Assembly (NCBI RefSeq): GCF_009914755.1
Contig: NC_060938.1
Reading direction: 5' to 3' (one strand)
Source of the DNA: the human T2T-CHM13v2.0 reference genome, Homo sapiens
Length of the DNA stretch: 64,000 nt
In this document: in pieces, positions 1 to 14,762 of the stretch
Layout: each line of letters opens with the position of its first letter
Numbering within the stretch: position 1 is the first letter of the stretch
Program-made: the position numbers and the translations under genes
Notes under the pieces: model-generated
The model's database searches: none
What the model was told of the DNA's origin: nothing
What the model saw: only the letters and a program-made list of their open reading frames with translations

Positions 1-207
1 TAAAAGCTAAAAAACTTCACTTAAAAAGATTTAGCTACAAAGCTGCTAAAAGAAAAAAAATGGGAGAATATCTTTGAGATATGAAGATAGGCAAAAGTTT
101 CTTAGGATATAGAAAGCCAAATCATGAAATAAAAATAATGTTAAATTAGACTTTATCAAAATTAAAACTTCTTCTCATCAAATGACACTATCAAGAAAAT
201 AAATAGG

Positions 208-515
208 GGCCGGGTACAATCCCAGTGCTTTGGGTGGTCAAGGTAGGAGGATTGCTTGAGGCCAGAAGTTTGAGACCAGTCTGGGCAACATAATGAGACC
301 CTATCTCTAAATTTTTTTTTTTTAATTAGCCGAGCATGGTGGTAGATGCTTGCAGTCCCAGCTATTTGGGAGGCTGAGGCAGGAGGATCACTTGAGCTCA
401 GGAGTTCAAAGCTGCAGTGAGCTATTATCATGCCACTACACTCCAGCCTGGGCAAGAGTGAGATCTTGTCTCTTAAAAAAAAATGGAGAAAGGGGAGAAG
501 AAAAAAAGAAAGAAA
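208..515 (+). mobile_element. AluJ-type SINE inserted in an old L1M ORF2 fragment
   Basis: GGCCGGG start, AluJ-like GGAGGATTGCTTGAG in both arms, A-rich tail; flanking direct repeat AAAATAAATAGG / AAAATGAATAGG. Confidence 0.85.
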
Positions 516-1012
516 AAAATGAATAGGCATAGTACAAACCAGAAAAATATATTTACAATACATATTTCTGACAAAGAATTTGTATCCAGAATGTATAATA
601 AGCTTCTAAATTCATTATCTTTATATGTATATATTAAGTTACAACATACATAAATGTGTATACATATATAGGATGTTACCTAATGATAAGCAGGCCGGCC
701 ACTTCTCCAAGAAATCATAGCAACCTTAAATGTATAAATACACTGCATGATGATGATTCTGGACTGGATGCTAGAATGAAGGGATGAAGGGAAGATAGCT
801 ATAAGACTAATATCAGTCAACTGAAATTGTAATACAAACTGTGGATAAGAATCCTATTTTATCAATATTAAGTTTCTGATTTTGATATCTGTACTGGGAT
901 TTTGTAAGAGAATGTTCTTTTTCTTAGGAAATACATTCCAAAATATTTGGGTGAGGGCAGGTTGTCCCCAGTTTACTTTCAAGTGATTCAGAAAAAAACT
1001 AATATACATAGA

Positions 1013-1022
1013 CACACATACA

Positions 1023-1054
<32 letters not shown>

Positions 1055-1079
1055 TCTATATATATACATAGAGAGAGAG
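1013..1079. repeat. (CA)n-(TA)n-(GA)n compound microsatellite
   Basis: Directly visible. Confidence 0.95.
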
Positions 1080-1229
1080 CCTGATAACGCAAATGGATGA
1101 AATCTAAATATAAAAAGCTGTCAAATCTGAATAAAGTATATATGGGAGTTCCTTATACTATTGCAACTTTATTGTAAGCTTGTATATCAAATTAAAATGT
1201 CATAAACATTAATGGTCCAGAGGACTCTG

Positions 1230-4200
1230 GGGAGATGGCAGAGTAGGAAGCACCAGATATCTCTCTACCAATCTAGACACCAATTACATTGGCAGACTCT
1301 GTCTAATGTAACTATTTTGGAACTCAGGAGTCTATTGAAGACTTGAAATTCCCACTTCCAGGTTTGGATGATAAATTATGGTTAATTTCGGTCCATTTCA
1401 GCTCTTAGTACAGTAGCAGCTACTCATCCTCCACCCATAGCTCCATGTCAAGAAGCTGTATTTGTGTTCCTGAAGCAACCTTCACACAGTATTCAGGATC
1501 AAACGAGTGGGGGAAGAGGGAAGCAAACACCGGGGAAGGGAAAGAATCTGATTTCCACAATTACCACATTATTAGATTCAAAGGTCCAGTTTTCAACAAA
1601 ATACCACAAATCATACCAAAAAAACAAGAACGTATAATCCACTTAAAGGAAAAAAATAAGTCAACAGAAACTATTCTTGAAAAAGACCTGTGGCAGATAT
1701 ACTAGACAAAGACTTTAAAACAACTATCTTAAAGACAATGAAAGAACTGAAAGGAGATGTCGAAAGAATCAAGAAAATAATATGTGACTTAAAATGGTAA
1801 TATCAGTAAAAAGATAGAAAATCTTGTAAAAGACCAAAAAGAAATTCTGGAGCTGAAAAGTCAATAACTTAAATGAAAAATTTACTAGAGGGATTCAAAT
1901 CCAGATTAGAGAAAACAGAAGAAAAAATCAGTTAACTTGAAGAGAGGACAATGGAAATTATCAAGTTTAACAATTAATAGAATGAAGAGACAATCTGTAG
2001 AATGGGAGGACATATTAGCAAACTATTCATCCACCAAAGGACTAATATCCAGAATATACAAGGAACTCAAACATCTTAACAGCAAAAACATAAATAATCC
2101 CATTAAGAGAGGGCCAAGGATCTGAATAGACATTTCTTAAAAGACATACAAATGGCTAGGAGTTATATGACAAGAAATTCTCAAAATCACTAATCATCAG
2201 GGAAATGCAAATCAAAATGACAATGGGATATCACCTCAACCTAGTTAGAATGGTTATTACCAGAAAGACAAAAAATAAGAAATGTCGGTGAGGATATGGA
2301 GAAAACGGAACCTTTATACACTGTTGGTGGGAACATAAATTAGTATAGCCATTATGAACAATAGTATGGAGGTTTCTAAAAAAAAAAAACTGACAGTAGA
2401 ACTACCATACAATCCAACAATCTCATTACTGAGTAGTTATCCAAAGGAAAAAAAAAGTCAATATATCAAAGTGATACCTGCAACCCCATGTTTATTGCAG
2501 CACTTTTCACAATAGCCAATATATGGACTCAATTTAAGTCTCCATCAATGGATGAATAGATAAAGAAAATTTGGTATATATGCATAATAGAATACTGTTC
2601 AACTATAAAAAAGAATGAAATTCTGTCGTTGGCAGCAACATGAATGGAACTGGAAATCATGTTAAGTGAAATAAACCCGGCACAAAAGACAAACATTGCA
2701 TATTCTCACTCATATGTGGCAGCTAAAAAAGTTGATCTCATGGAGGTAGAGAGTAGAATGAAGGTTACCAGAGGCTGCAAAGAATCAAGGGGGAATAAAA
2801 AGAGGTTGATTAATGGGTAAAAACATACAGTTAGATCGAAGGAGTGAGTTCTAGTGCTTCATAGCAAAGTAGAGTGAATGATAGTTAAAAACAATATATT
2901 GTATATTTCAAAATAATTGGAAGAGATTTGAAATATTCCAACATAAAGAAATAAAATGTGTGAGGTGATGGATATCCTAAATACCCTGATTTGATTATTA
3001 CACATTGTATGCATGTATCAAAATATCACATGTACCCCATAAATATGTACAAAAATTATGTATTAATAAACAAAAACAAGAAATATAAAAAAAATTATCA
3101 TTTGGGGCACAAGAGAAAAGATTGAAGAAAAATGAACTGAGCCTAAGAGACCTGTGGGATGCCATTAAATGAACCAAAACAAGCATGGTAGGAGTCTCAG
3201 GAGAAGAGAGAAGAAATAGTCAAAGAAAAAAAATATCTGAAGAAATTATGACTGAAATCTTCCCAAATTTGATGAAAGTCATGGATATAAACATCTAAAA
3301 TAATTGATGGACTCCAAGTAAGATAAATTCAAAAAAGATCCACATCAAGACATTATAACTGAACTTTTGAAAGACAAAGAATCTTGAAACCGCCGAGAGA
3401 AAAGCAACTAATCACATGCAAGTTATTCTCAAGAAGATTATTCGCAGATTTCTCATCAGAAACTCTGGAGGCCAGAAGGCAGTGGGGTGATATATTCAAA
3501 GTGCCAAAAGAAAATAACCATCACCAAGTATCCTATATTCAGCAAAACTGTCTTTCCCACATGAAAAAGAAAGTAAGACATCCCCAGATAAATAAAAGCT
3601 GAGACAGTATGTTACTGCTAAATCTGCCCCACAAGAAATACAAAAGGGAAACCCACAGGGTGAAATGAAAGGATGCTAGACAGTAACTTGAAGCCATGTG
3701 AAGAATTAAAAATTTCAATTAAGTTAATGCATAGGCAATTATAAAAGCTAATATTATTATAACAACTGTTTGTAATTCCACATTTTGTTTTCTACATAAT
3801 TTAAGACACTAACACATTTTAAAGGATTGTTAGTTTATGCTTTTAGGCACACAATGTAGATACACATAATCTTTTAACATTAGCAAACGAAAAGTGTGGA
3901 GACAGAGCTTTATACACAATGTATAAAGACATAATCTTGTGAAATTAATAGCCAAAAGGGGAGGAGCAGAGTTCATGCATGTTATTGAAGTTAAACTGCT
4001 ATAAATTCAAATTAGAGTGTTAAGACTCTAGTATGTTAAATTTAACCCCCATGATAACCACAAAAAAAAACTGTAGAATACATAAAAAAGGAAATGAGAA
4101 AGAAATTTAAGCATTTCTTTTACGAAATAATCAAAAGACACTAATGCAGAAGTGAGGGATAAAAAGCTATAAGGCATATAGAAAATAGCAAAATGAGTAA

Positions 4201-4400
4201 AGTAAGTCCTTTTTTATTGATAATTACTTTAAATATAAATGGATTAAACTCTCCAATCAAAAGACAGAGATTGGTGAATCTATTTTTAAAAATATAATCC
4301 AACTACATGCTATCCACAAGAGACTCACTTTAGATTCAAAGACATAAATACATTACAAGTAAAAGAATAGGAAAAGATATTCTACATAAATCATAATAGT
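1230..4400 (+). mobile_element. Old L1M 5' region (ORF1, inter-ORF and ORF2 start), split by a younger L1MA
   Basis: Degenerate ORF1 peptide ADFSSETLEARRQWGDIFKV (3384-3602); ORF2 start-like sequence ATTACTTTAAATATAAATGGATTAAACTCTCCAATCAAAAGACAGAGATT near 4220-4270. Confidence 0.7.
1968..3091 (+). mobile_element. L1MA-type (L1MA4-like) 5'-truncated LINE, ORF2 end plus 3'UTR
   Basis: Peptide [24 protein letters not shown]; L1MA 3' terminus ATCACATGTACCCCATAAATATGTAC and A-tail; flanking AAATTATCA at 1955-1963 and 3092-3100. Confidence 0.8.
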
Positions 4401-4588
4401 ATGATGGTGATAGTTGTACAACATTATAAGTATATTTAATACCATTGAAGTATACACTTAAAAATTGTTCAGATGGTAAATTTTATGTTATACATATTTT
4501 ATCACAAAAAAATAAGGAAAAAAAATCAACGGTCCAGGTTCTACTTCTGGCATGACAGCTTGGGGTTCTCTGTTGACCTGCTCTCTAG

Positions 4589-4969
<381 letters not shown>

Positions 4970-5471
4970 TCAAGAAAATGTACTAAAATTTGGTAAGAAG
5001 AATAAAAGTGTGTGGTATATGAGCCAAGACTCAGTTTCTCCCTTCTTGCCCCCAACTTAGCAAGACAAAATCTCCACTCCTGGCTGCTACAGCCAGGAAT
5101 ATGAGGTTCCCTCTCACTCCAGATCCCAGTCAGGGGACTGTCTTTCTGCAGTGAGCAAGAAATCAAATTTCTCATCCTGCCACTAGCTACCTGTTGGTGA
5201 GGCTAACTACTGGCTGGGTGCAGCTAAGAAGTGGGTGCTCCCTTTTTCTACCCAACGCTAAACTAGGAGACAGAGGATCTAACTTAAGCATGGTACTGCT
5301 GACAGTACTGGAGTCTGATCCAAGTGGCTCACAGTTTGGGGATTCCACACCAGGAGACCCAGGAGTGCTGCACTTCCCTATACCAAGCACTTAGCTCCTA
5401 AGAGTGAGAGTGTCACTCAAAGGGAAGCACACCATTGTCCCTGCTCCCAGTACCAGACAAGTGACTCAAAG

Positions 5472-5775
5472 TTTTTTTTTGTTTTTTTTTTTTTTTGAGA
5501 CGGAGTCTCGCTCTGTCCACCCAGGCTGGAGTGCAGTGGCGTGATCTCAGCTCACTGCAAGCTCCGCCTCCCTGGTTCATGTCATTCTGCCTCAGCCTCC
5601 CTAATAGCTGGACTACAGGCGCCCGCCACTACGCCCAGCTAATTTTTTTGTATTTTTAGTAGAGATGGGGTTTCACCGTGTTAGCCAGGGTGGTCTCGAT
5701 CTCCTGACCTGGTGATCTGCCCGCCTCGGCCTCCCAAAATGCTGGGATTACAGGCATGAGCCACCGCGCCCGGCC
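5472..5775 (-). mobile_element. AluY
   Basis: AluY diagnostics; TSD AAGTGACTCAAAG / AAGTGCCTCAAAG. Confidence 0.92.
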
Positions 5776-6229
5776 AAGTGCCTCAAAGATTTTGTCTAGG
5801 GGAAATATCAGGCCTTAGAAGAGAAAGGTCTGAACCTCTCCCCCAGAGAACTGACTTCATGTGAAACAAGATGTGGAGAAGTTCAAACCTAAGGACATAC
5901 TGTAAATTAACGGAGATTGTGATGATAGCCAATTGAGAGGAAACTGATAGATTCACTAGAGCTATAAGCTAAACCGCAGGCTGGCTAGTTTTCCAGAGAT
6001 AAATGAGGAAAGAGACAGATGAAGACATCTTGGGGTAGGAACAAATCTCAAAACACTGGCTTTAGGAGCTATCCGTTCAAAAGAACACAAATTTGACCGG
6101 ATCCATTTGCGGAGCAACTTATGCAACGGAGAATTATTGAAAACAATAGAGCAATCATCTAGGTAATTAGGGAAACTTAGCAGCTGGGTGTGGCCAGAGA
6201 AAAAGACTGTTAAAAAGAACTCTCAGAAG

Positions 6230-8338
<2,109 letters not shown>

Positions 8339-8384
8339 AAGATGGATAGATAGACCTTCTAAGTAGTCGTTTTTATCTTAAGTC

Positions 8385-8810
8385 ATGTTCCCTAAAAATA
8401 ATCTTGGATTCAAGTAGATTATAATGTATTGAGGGAGTGCTCTTCAGGAAATCATTTAAGGGAGTGAGGACTATAGTTAAGAAAGAGGAAAGGGTCAAGC
8501 AAAGACAAAATCTAGCTTTGGCTTGATTTATCAGAGCTCTGGAGCCTAAATTGCCCCTGCAGAATCGTCTCCACTTTGAATCAAGACAGCTGGTCTTATG
8601 TACACCCACGTTAGTCAGTCTTTGGCTGCAGGTGCCTGTAGCAGCTGGAGTTGTAGCCTTTTTTGGCAAGTAGGTTCCATTATCTGAGAGCAGGTATCTA
8701 TCTGGTGAAAAAGGGCAGCTGTGAGTCACTTGCAGCCAAAACACAACAGCTGGGGGATGAGTGCACTGGTCTCAGAAAGGAGGTCTGAGCAGGGCATCAC
8801 CCAAGCCTAT
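8385..8810 (-). mobile_element. ERVL LTR16-family solo LTR (degenerate)
   Basis: GCTCTGGAGC...CCACTTTGAATCAAG...TAGTCAGTCTTTGGCTGCAGG resembles remembered LTR16C. Confidence 0.5.
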
Positions 8811-9254
8811 AAGATACCTCAAAGGAATACTCATGAAGACTGGAAAATATTTAGCAGATATAATTCATTACAATATTGTCTGTAATAACAAGAACTACAT
8901 TTCATTGAATCAAAATTTGTAAGGTACATGTTTTATTCATCTAGTAGGATGTCAGTAGTCATTAAAGACATGGTAGAAGACCATTTAGAAAAAATGGAAA
9001 TAAATTTCAGAAATATTGTGAGATGAACAGACTATAAAAGTATGAACACAAAAGTTTCATCTTGATAAATATAGCAGTATATATGTTTTGCACACATTCT
9101 TTCCCTCTTGGGAAAGATGTATGTGAAAATTTAAATAGTAGTTACTGCTCAGTGGCAGGATTATGGCTATTTTTATTTTCTACATTTTTTTATCTATTTA
9201 TTCAATATTGCTTTTGTTTTGTGTGTATGTGTTTTGGGATTTTGTCTTTTGTGT

Positions 9255-9369
9255 TTTCTGAGACAGGGTCTCACTTCAGGCTGGTCTGAAACTCTTGGCC
9301 CAAAGTGATCTTCTTGCCTCAGACTCTCAAGTAGCTGGGATTACAGGTGTGCATCACCACACCTGTCTG
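9255..9369 (-). mobile_element. FLAM/Alu monomer fragment
   Basis: TGAGACAGGGTCTCAC...AAGTAGCTGGGATTACAGGTGTG. Confidence 0.75.
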
Positions 9370-10617
9370 TACTGCTTTGGAGTAATAAAGAAGTGATTTC
9401 AAATATTATACATTAATGAGTTAATTCTCAAATTGGAACTAAAATAATGCAACCATACTCAAATAATACAAGGCTAAAGAGTAAGACTCTAAGAAAGAAT
9501 GTGTTTTTGGAGAGGTTACTATCCCAGTGTGTGGTCTTCTACTTTGCACATTTAATTTGTCATTACACCTAGAGCTCGTCGGATTGGTGGTCACTGACCA
9601 ACAAGAGATGAACTTATAGATCAAAATATTTGTGTAGTAATTTTCAATGGAGTGACCATACATGCCAGCAACCATTCCATTCATTACTTATTCATAGCCC
9701 TGTGTTCCCAAGGTCAGGTACCTGAGAAGACATGTAAGTCAACAGAAGGCTATTTGGTGAGTATACAGAGCAGATAATCCAGAGAAATATTTCATCCACT
9801 TCACACTGAGGCCTGAAAAATCACATTAGACACCCCAGAGCCCCCTTCTTGCTGCTCCAGTCCAGCAGTCCTGACCACATCTGATAGGATGAAGAATGTG
9901 CACCTCTAGCCTCAGGAGCATTATTCCACACGCTGGTTAGATGTTTTGGTGTGATCTGGAGCAAAAAGGTGAGTTGATCCAAGTTGTCTCTCTTGGAAAT
10001 TTAAATTAGGTATTCCTAATATAATGAGGATGCTAATGTGAACAGAGGCTGGAACAAAGCCATGAAATCTTGTCAGGGCCATGCTGTGTCACGGAAAGCC
10101 AATATTATGAGACTGAAAAAAAAACCCCACTGAGAGAAACAAGACACCATGAGCTGAGAGACCACGTGGCAGCCCATGAGGATGCAGAGAGTCACTTTAA
10201 GTCTCTAAAGTGACCTCTGTTCTTGACCGCTTCCCTTTATCAGTTCACAGACATCCTCATATAAACCTGACGTGAGCAGAATCTTGAGAGAACCTCAGTT
10301 CCTTATACCAAAAGAAATTGACACATGCACGACCCCTCACTCACCACCCAGTAACCAGAAGGCTACATATTCAGTATCTCTTAGGGACCAATTTAGATTG
10401 GTCCCCAATAAATAACTCCGAATAAAAGGGGTTAAAGGATGTGGGTTTTTTTTTTTTCTTTTTCAGTGTGCTTCTTTGAATAATGATAATCTTCCCACAC
10501 TAGATGATAAGATTCCTGAGGGCAGGCAACTCATCTCGTTTTACACACCAGTGTAGAACCCCCATGGTGCCAGAACATAGGCCCTTCCGTAAATATATGT
10601 TGAATAGAAGAATCACC

Positions 10618-10743
10618 AAATCACTTTAGCATGTTTTATTTCTTTCATTTCCACAGCAGCCCAGTTAGCTATTTGAGAAATATTGGAGAAATAGCTCAGG
10701 GCTGCTGTGGAAATGAAAGAAATAAAACACTTGAACGTGATTT
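10618..10743. repeat. Inverted repeat (hairpin) with perfect 31-bp arms
   Basis: 10632-10662 is the exact reverse complement of 10699-10729; inner 8-bp and outer 7-bp stems extend it. Confidence 0.95.
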
Positions 10744-11282
10744 TTACAGTTTAAATTGCTCATTGCAATGCAGTTGTCTATTGGCCTACGTGATATTATA
10801 ACAGTTTTATCTGAACTGTTAAAATCAAAAGTAGGAATAAAAGATAACTTTTACTGTTTCAATTTGTCCCTATAGTTGTACAAAGAATGAGAACCAAAAA
10901 AAAAAAACCTCCCTTAGCTACAATGTGCTAAGCCATTATTGTTATTCTAATTTAATATTCCTATCAACCACATTAAATAATATTACATTCTCACTTTACA
11001 GACAAAATCCAAGCTGTAGAGGAGTTATATAGCTATAAAGGGATGAAGCCAGGATTCAAACGTAGGTCAGATTCTGAATTTGTGCTATTTTCATTTATTC
11101 TGTGCTATTTACAGGGATCGCAGAGATTGTCCAAATCACCTTTTGGTTTTACATACAGGGAAATTTAAAGGAGTTAAAACAGAACCTATGATTTCCGACT
11201 CTTTGGGAGTTATAGTGTAATATAGGTAACACTGTTCCCCTGCTGGTGAAAAAATATAAGCACACTAGGATTTCTAGCAGCA

Positions 11283-11411
11283 GAGAGAGAGGAGAGGGGA
11301 GCGGAGGGGAGCGGAGGGGAGGGGAGGGGAGGGGAGAGGAGAGGAGAGGGGAGGAGAGGAGAGGAGAGGAGAGGGGAGGAGAGGAGAGGGGAGGAGAGGA
11401 GAGGAGAGGAC
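11283..11411. repeat. (GGAGA/GGGGA)n polypurine tract
   Basis: Directly visible; H-DNA/G4 potential. Confidence 0.95.
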
Positions 11412-12490
11412 AAAGAGGCTAAGGGCTAAAGCCAGGATCATGTCTTATTGGAGTCACTGCAAATATCAAGACCCTTGATTTCTCCTCTAAATATTCATAC
11501 ATTCCATTTTACCACAGTGGAAAAATAACTTATTATCTAGTGATAATAATCATTATCTAGTGTTAGTTTTTCTTATGTTATACATGAATGGATGAATAGA
11601 AGGATCAATGAATCTACCTCTCTATCTATACGCATGTAATTTCCACTGTAGAGGAAATTACTACACTTTATGTAATCAATTTCCTCCTCATTCAAGCAAA
11701 GTCAGACTTGTAAGAATTTTGTAGAGTTCACTAAAGCCACATATTGTCCAGGTTATTTTATCTATTACCACCTTACTGATTTACAGCCATTAAAAAATAA
11801 AAAAAAAATTAAAAAAAAAAGCCTTTATTTCCCAAGTCTCAGTTCATCTGGGGAGTTAAACTGTAACATCTGAGTCAGCCATGAAAAGGCCTAATCCTGC
11901 CATTGTTCTGCACTTACAATTTCTATTTCTGTCAAGGGAGGTAGAAGTGCAGGTCCTGTAGTCTTCTATCCTGACTGTTGATTTCTAAAACTGTCTGTAG
12001 CTACACTATTGGCTTCATCTCATGCTGATTACATGTACTTTAGGGCCCATAGTGATTAAAAGTCAAACCAACAGGACAACTTTGGTACTGAATTTCCTAA
12101 ACAGAGTTTTCTACATTCCAGTTTGCTTTCTGTAGCAATGATACCTTTGCACTAGATGTCTGTGGAGGGAAACATCCAAATGTGACGTCTCTGCTTCCCA
12201 AGTCATATGAAAGGGATCATGTTCATGTTGACTAAGCAGTGCAGTCAAATGCTAGACCATGTCCATGTTTAGGTTCAGCAACTGTAGTCTCTACATGTAC
12301 TGGAATTCAGAGATTTCTCAAACCTTCACTTGCAAGTTGGCAGGCTATAATTAAATACACACACACACACGTGCACATACAATAGATTTACGCATACTGT
12401 GGCACTTTACTGTAACTTGATGATTTCTTTAAAACATTCTTACTGCCATCTGGCATAGTAGAAAGAGCATAAATTTCAGAATCTTCAGAG

Positions 12491-13335
12491 TATGATACTG
12501 TAAAATATATATTTGGTCTTTGTCCCCATTTCCTGACATACATCTCCTAAAATCTTTGGAATCTACAAAGTAATAAGGGTGTCTTTTGTATACTAATGAG
12601 CCAACTGGTGGCTGGGGGACCCTGGATGACTTCAGAAAGACTAAGACATGATTAGAGGTTTGGGACTTTCAGCTGCACCCCTTCACCCCCTCCACAGAGA
12701 GGAGATCGGCTGAAGTTTGAGTTGATCACCAATGGCCAATGATTTGATCAATCATACCTATGTAATGAAGCTCCCATTAAAACCCAGAAGGACTACATTC
12801 TGAGAGCTTCTGGATAGCTGAACACATGGAGGGTTTTGGAGGGTATCACACCCAGGGAGGGCATGGAAGCTCCATACCCCTGCCCACATGCCTCACCCTA
12901 TGTATGCATCTCTTCCGTCTGGCTATTCATCTGTATCTTTTGTAATATCATCTATAATAAGTAAGAAAATGTGTTCCCCTGAGTTCTATGAGACACTCCA
13001 GCAAATTAATCAAACCTAAGGAGGGAATTGTGGGAACACTGATGTATATAGCCAGCTAGTCAGAAGTACAGGTCATAACCTGTGCTTGCAGTCGGCATCT
13101 GAAGTGGGGGGCAGTCCTGTGAAATGGAGGCATCAATCTGTGGGATGTGACACTATATCCAGGTAGATGGTGTCAGAACTGAACTGAATTTGAGGGCATC
13201 CTGCTAGTGTGTCCTGGGGAATTTGCCAGAGAATTGCTTAGCATGGGGACAGCTGGTGTCGGACGTGCTCTGTGTTGGTTGTGTAAGAATAGAGACTAAA
13301 GAAAGAAAAAACATTTTGGTTTGGTTTATCATATA
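12491..13335 (+). mobile_element. MER21 (MER21B-like) LTR
   Basis: Start TATGATACTGTAAAATATATATTTGGTCTTTGTCCCCATTTCCTG and internal GACATGATTAGAGGTTTGGGACTTTCAG match remembered MER21. Confidence 0.75.
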
Positions 13336-13344
13336 TCCCTTTAG

Positions 13345-13505
13345 CCCCACCTCTAAATTCAAATCTAAGTTTTGTCATCTACTATTTTGTTTACTTTTGA
13401 GCTGGAACAACTTCATAAACCTCTCTGCTCCTTGTTATTTTTTTTTCACTTGTAAAATGAAGACAGTAATGGTATTGCCTCATAATATTACTCTATGGAT
13501 TAAAC
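13345..13505 (+). mobile_element. MIR
   Basis: TGTAAAATG...CCTAGCACAGCACCTAGC...CTCAATAAATGTTAG. Confidence 0.65.
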
Positions 13506-14423
13506 AAGATAATCTAGATAATACACCTAGCACAGCACCTAGCAGCTACTCAATAAATGTTAGGCCCCTTCATCTAAAGAGAATGGAAGGCACTATTAAG
13601 TTCACAAAGGTTGAGCTTTGCAAGGGTAAGTAGGCCACCAACTTGTATTTGAAAAAGTACTGAAGAATATATAGACAAAAACATACAGCAAGTGCCTGGA
13701 AAACCATCTAGAATATTTAGAAACCCAGAATAAAATTATCCAAAATTGAAATAACCTCTGGCTGTCTTCCTATGAAGATGAATTATAAGTTTCAGTTGAA
13801 AATATATCTTTCTTAGGAATTTATCTCTGAAATATTTGCTTTAAGGCATGGATTTAAAGAGTTTATATTTAATCAACTTGAAACATGCAGCATAAGCCCC
13901 TCTCAAATTCAAACAGGAACACATGGAATTTATCTGTAAACATTCTTATAGATAGATCAAAGGAAGAAGCTATTCTACAAAGTCACAATATTGAAAATAA
14001 AAGAAAACTGAGAAAGAATATGATGGTGCCTTTAAGTGTTTCATTTTCCAGTTAAGTATGACATTCTTTAGGGGATCATGTAATTATCAAGCCAGGCAGT
14101 GTCTCCAGGCTATTGTGAATCTTTTTGCACTCAGGCCTGAACTGACTGAAACCATGTCAAATAGCTGGGGCCTCTATCATTTTGAAAGAGTGCTGTTACA
14201 ACTTCTAGAGGTTCACAAATTTAATTCATAGCAACAAAAGTCACAGAACAAGCTCCCTGAAAATCATCTGAAATAGGTTGAAGTCAACTGAACAAAATAA
14301 AGCCAGTACTGGTATAGGCATATTTTAAAAGCCATTTTTCCTATAAACAGATTCAAGGATTATACCACATTTAACTTTCCAGACAGATGACTGGCTTTGG
14401 TCTTCAGGGTGCTTTCTTTATAG

Positions 14424-14762
14424 CAGTGGTCACCGACCTTTTTGGCACCGGGGACTGGTTTCGTTTCGTGCAAGACAATTTTCCTATGGAGGAGAGGTGG
14501 TTGGTTTTGGAATGAAACTGTTCCACTTCAATCATCAGGCATTAGTTAGAGTCTCATAAGGAGCACACACCTTAGATTCCTCGCAGGCACAGTTCACAAT
14601 GGGGTTGTGCTCCTATGAGAATCAAACACTGCCACTGATGGCATGGAGGCAGAGCTCAGGTGGTAATGCTGCTGGCTCGCCACTCACCTCCTGCCGTGCA
14701 GCCTGGCTCCTAACAGGCCACAGACTGGTACTGGTCCATGGCCCGGGGATTAGGGACCCCTG
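14424..14762. mobile_element. MER1B-like hAT-Charlie non-autonomous DNA transposon
   Basis: TIRs CAGTGGTCACCG / GGGACCCCTG; perfect 8-bp TSD CTTTATAG (14416-14423, 14763-14770). Confidence 0.88.

Noticed and set aside
162-563. 133-aa ORF and similar ORFs (7693-8272, 21570-21803, 33873-34166, 44698-44979, 55980-56246)
   Set aside because: Translations of Alu or microsatellite sequence (LECSG..AHC, YIYVC repeats); not genes
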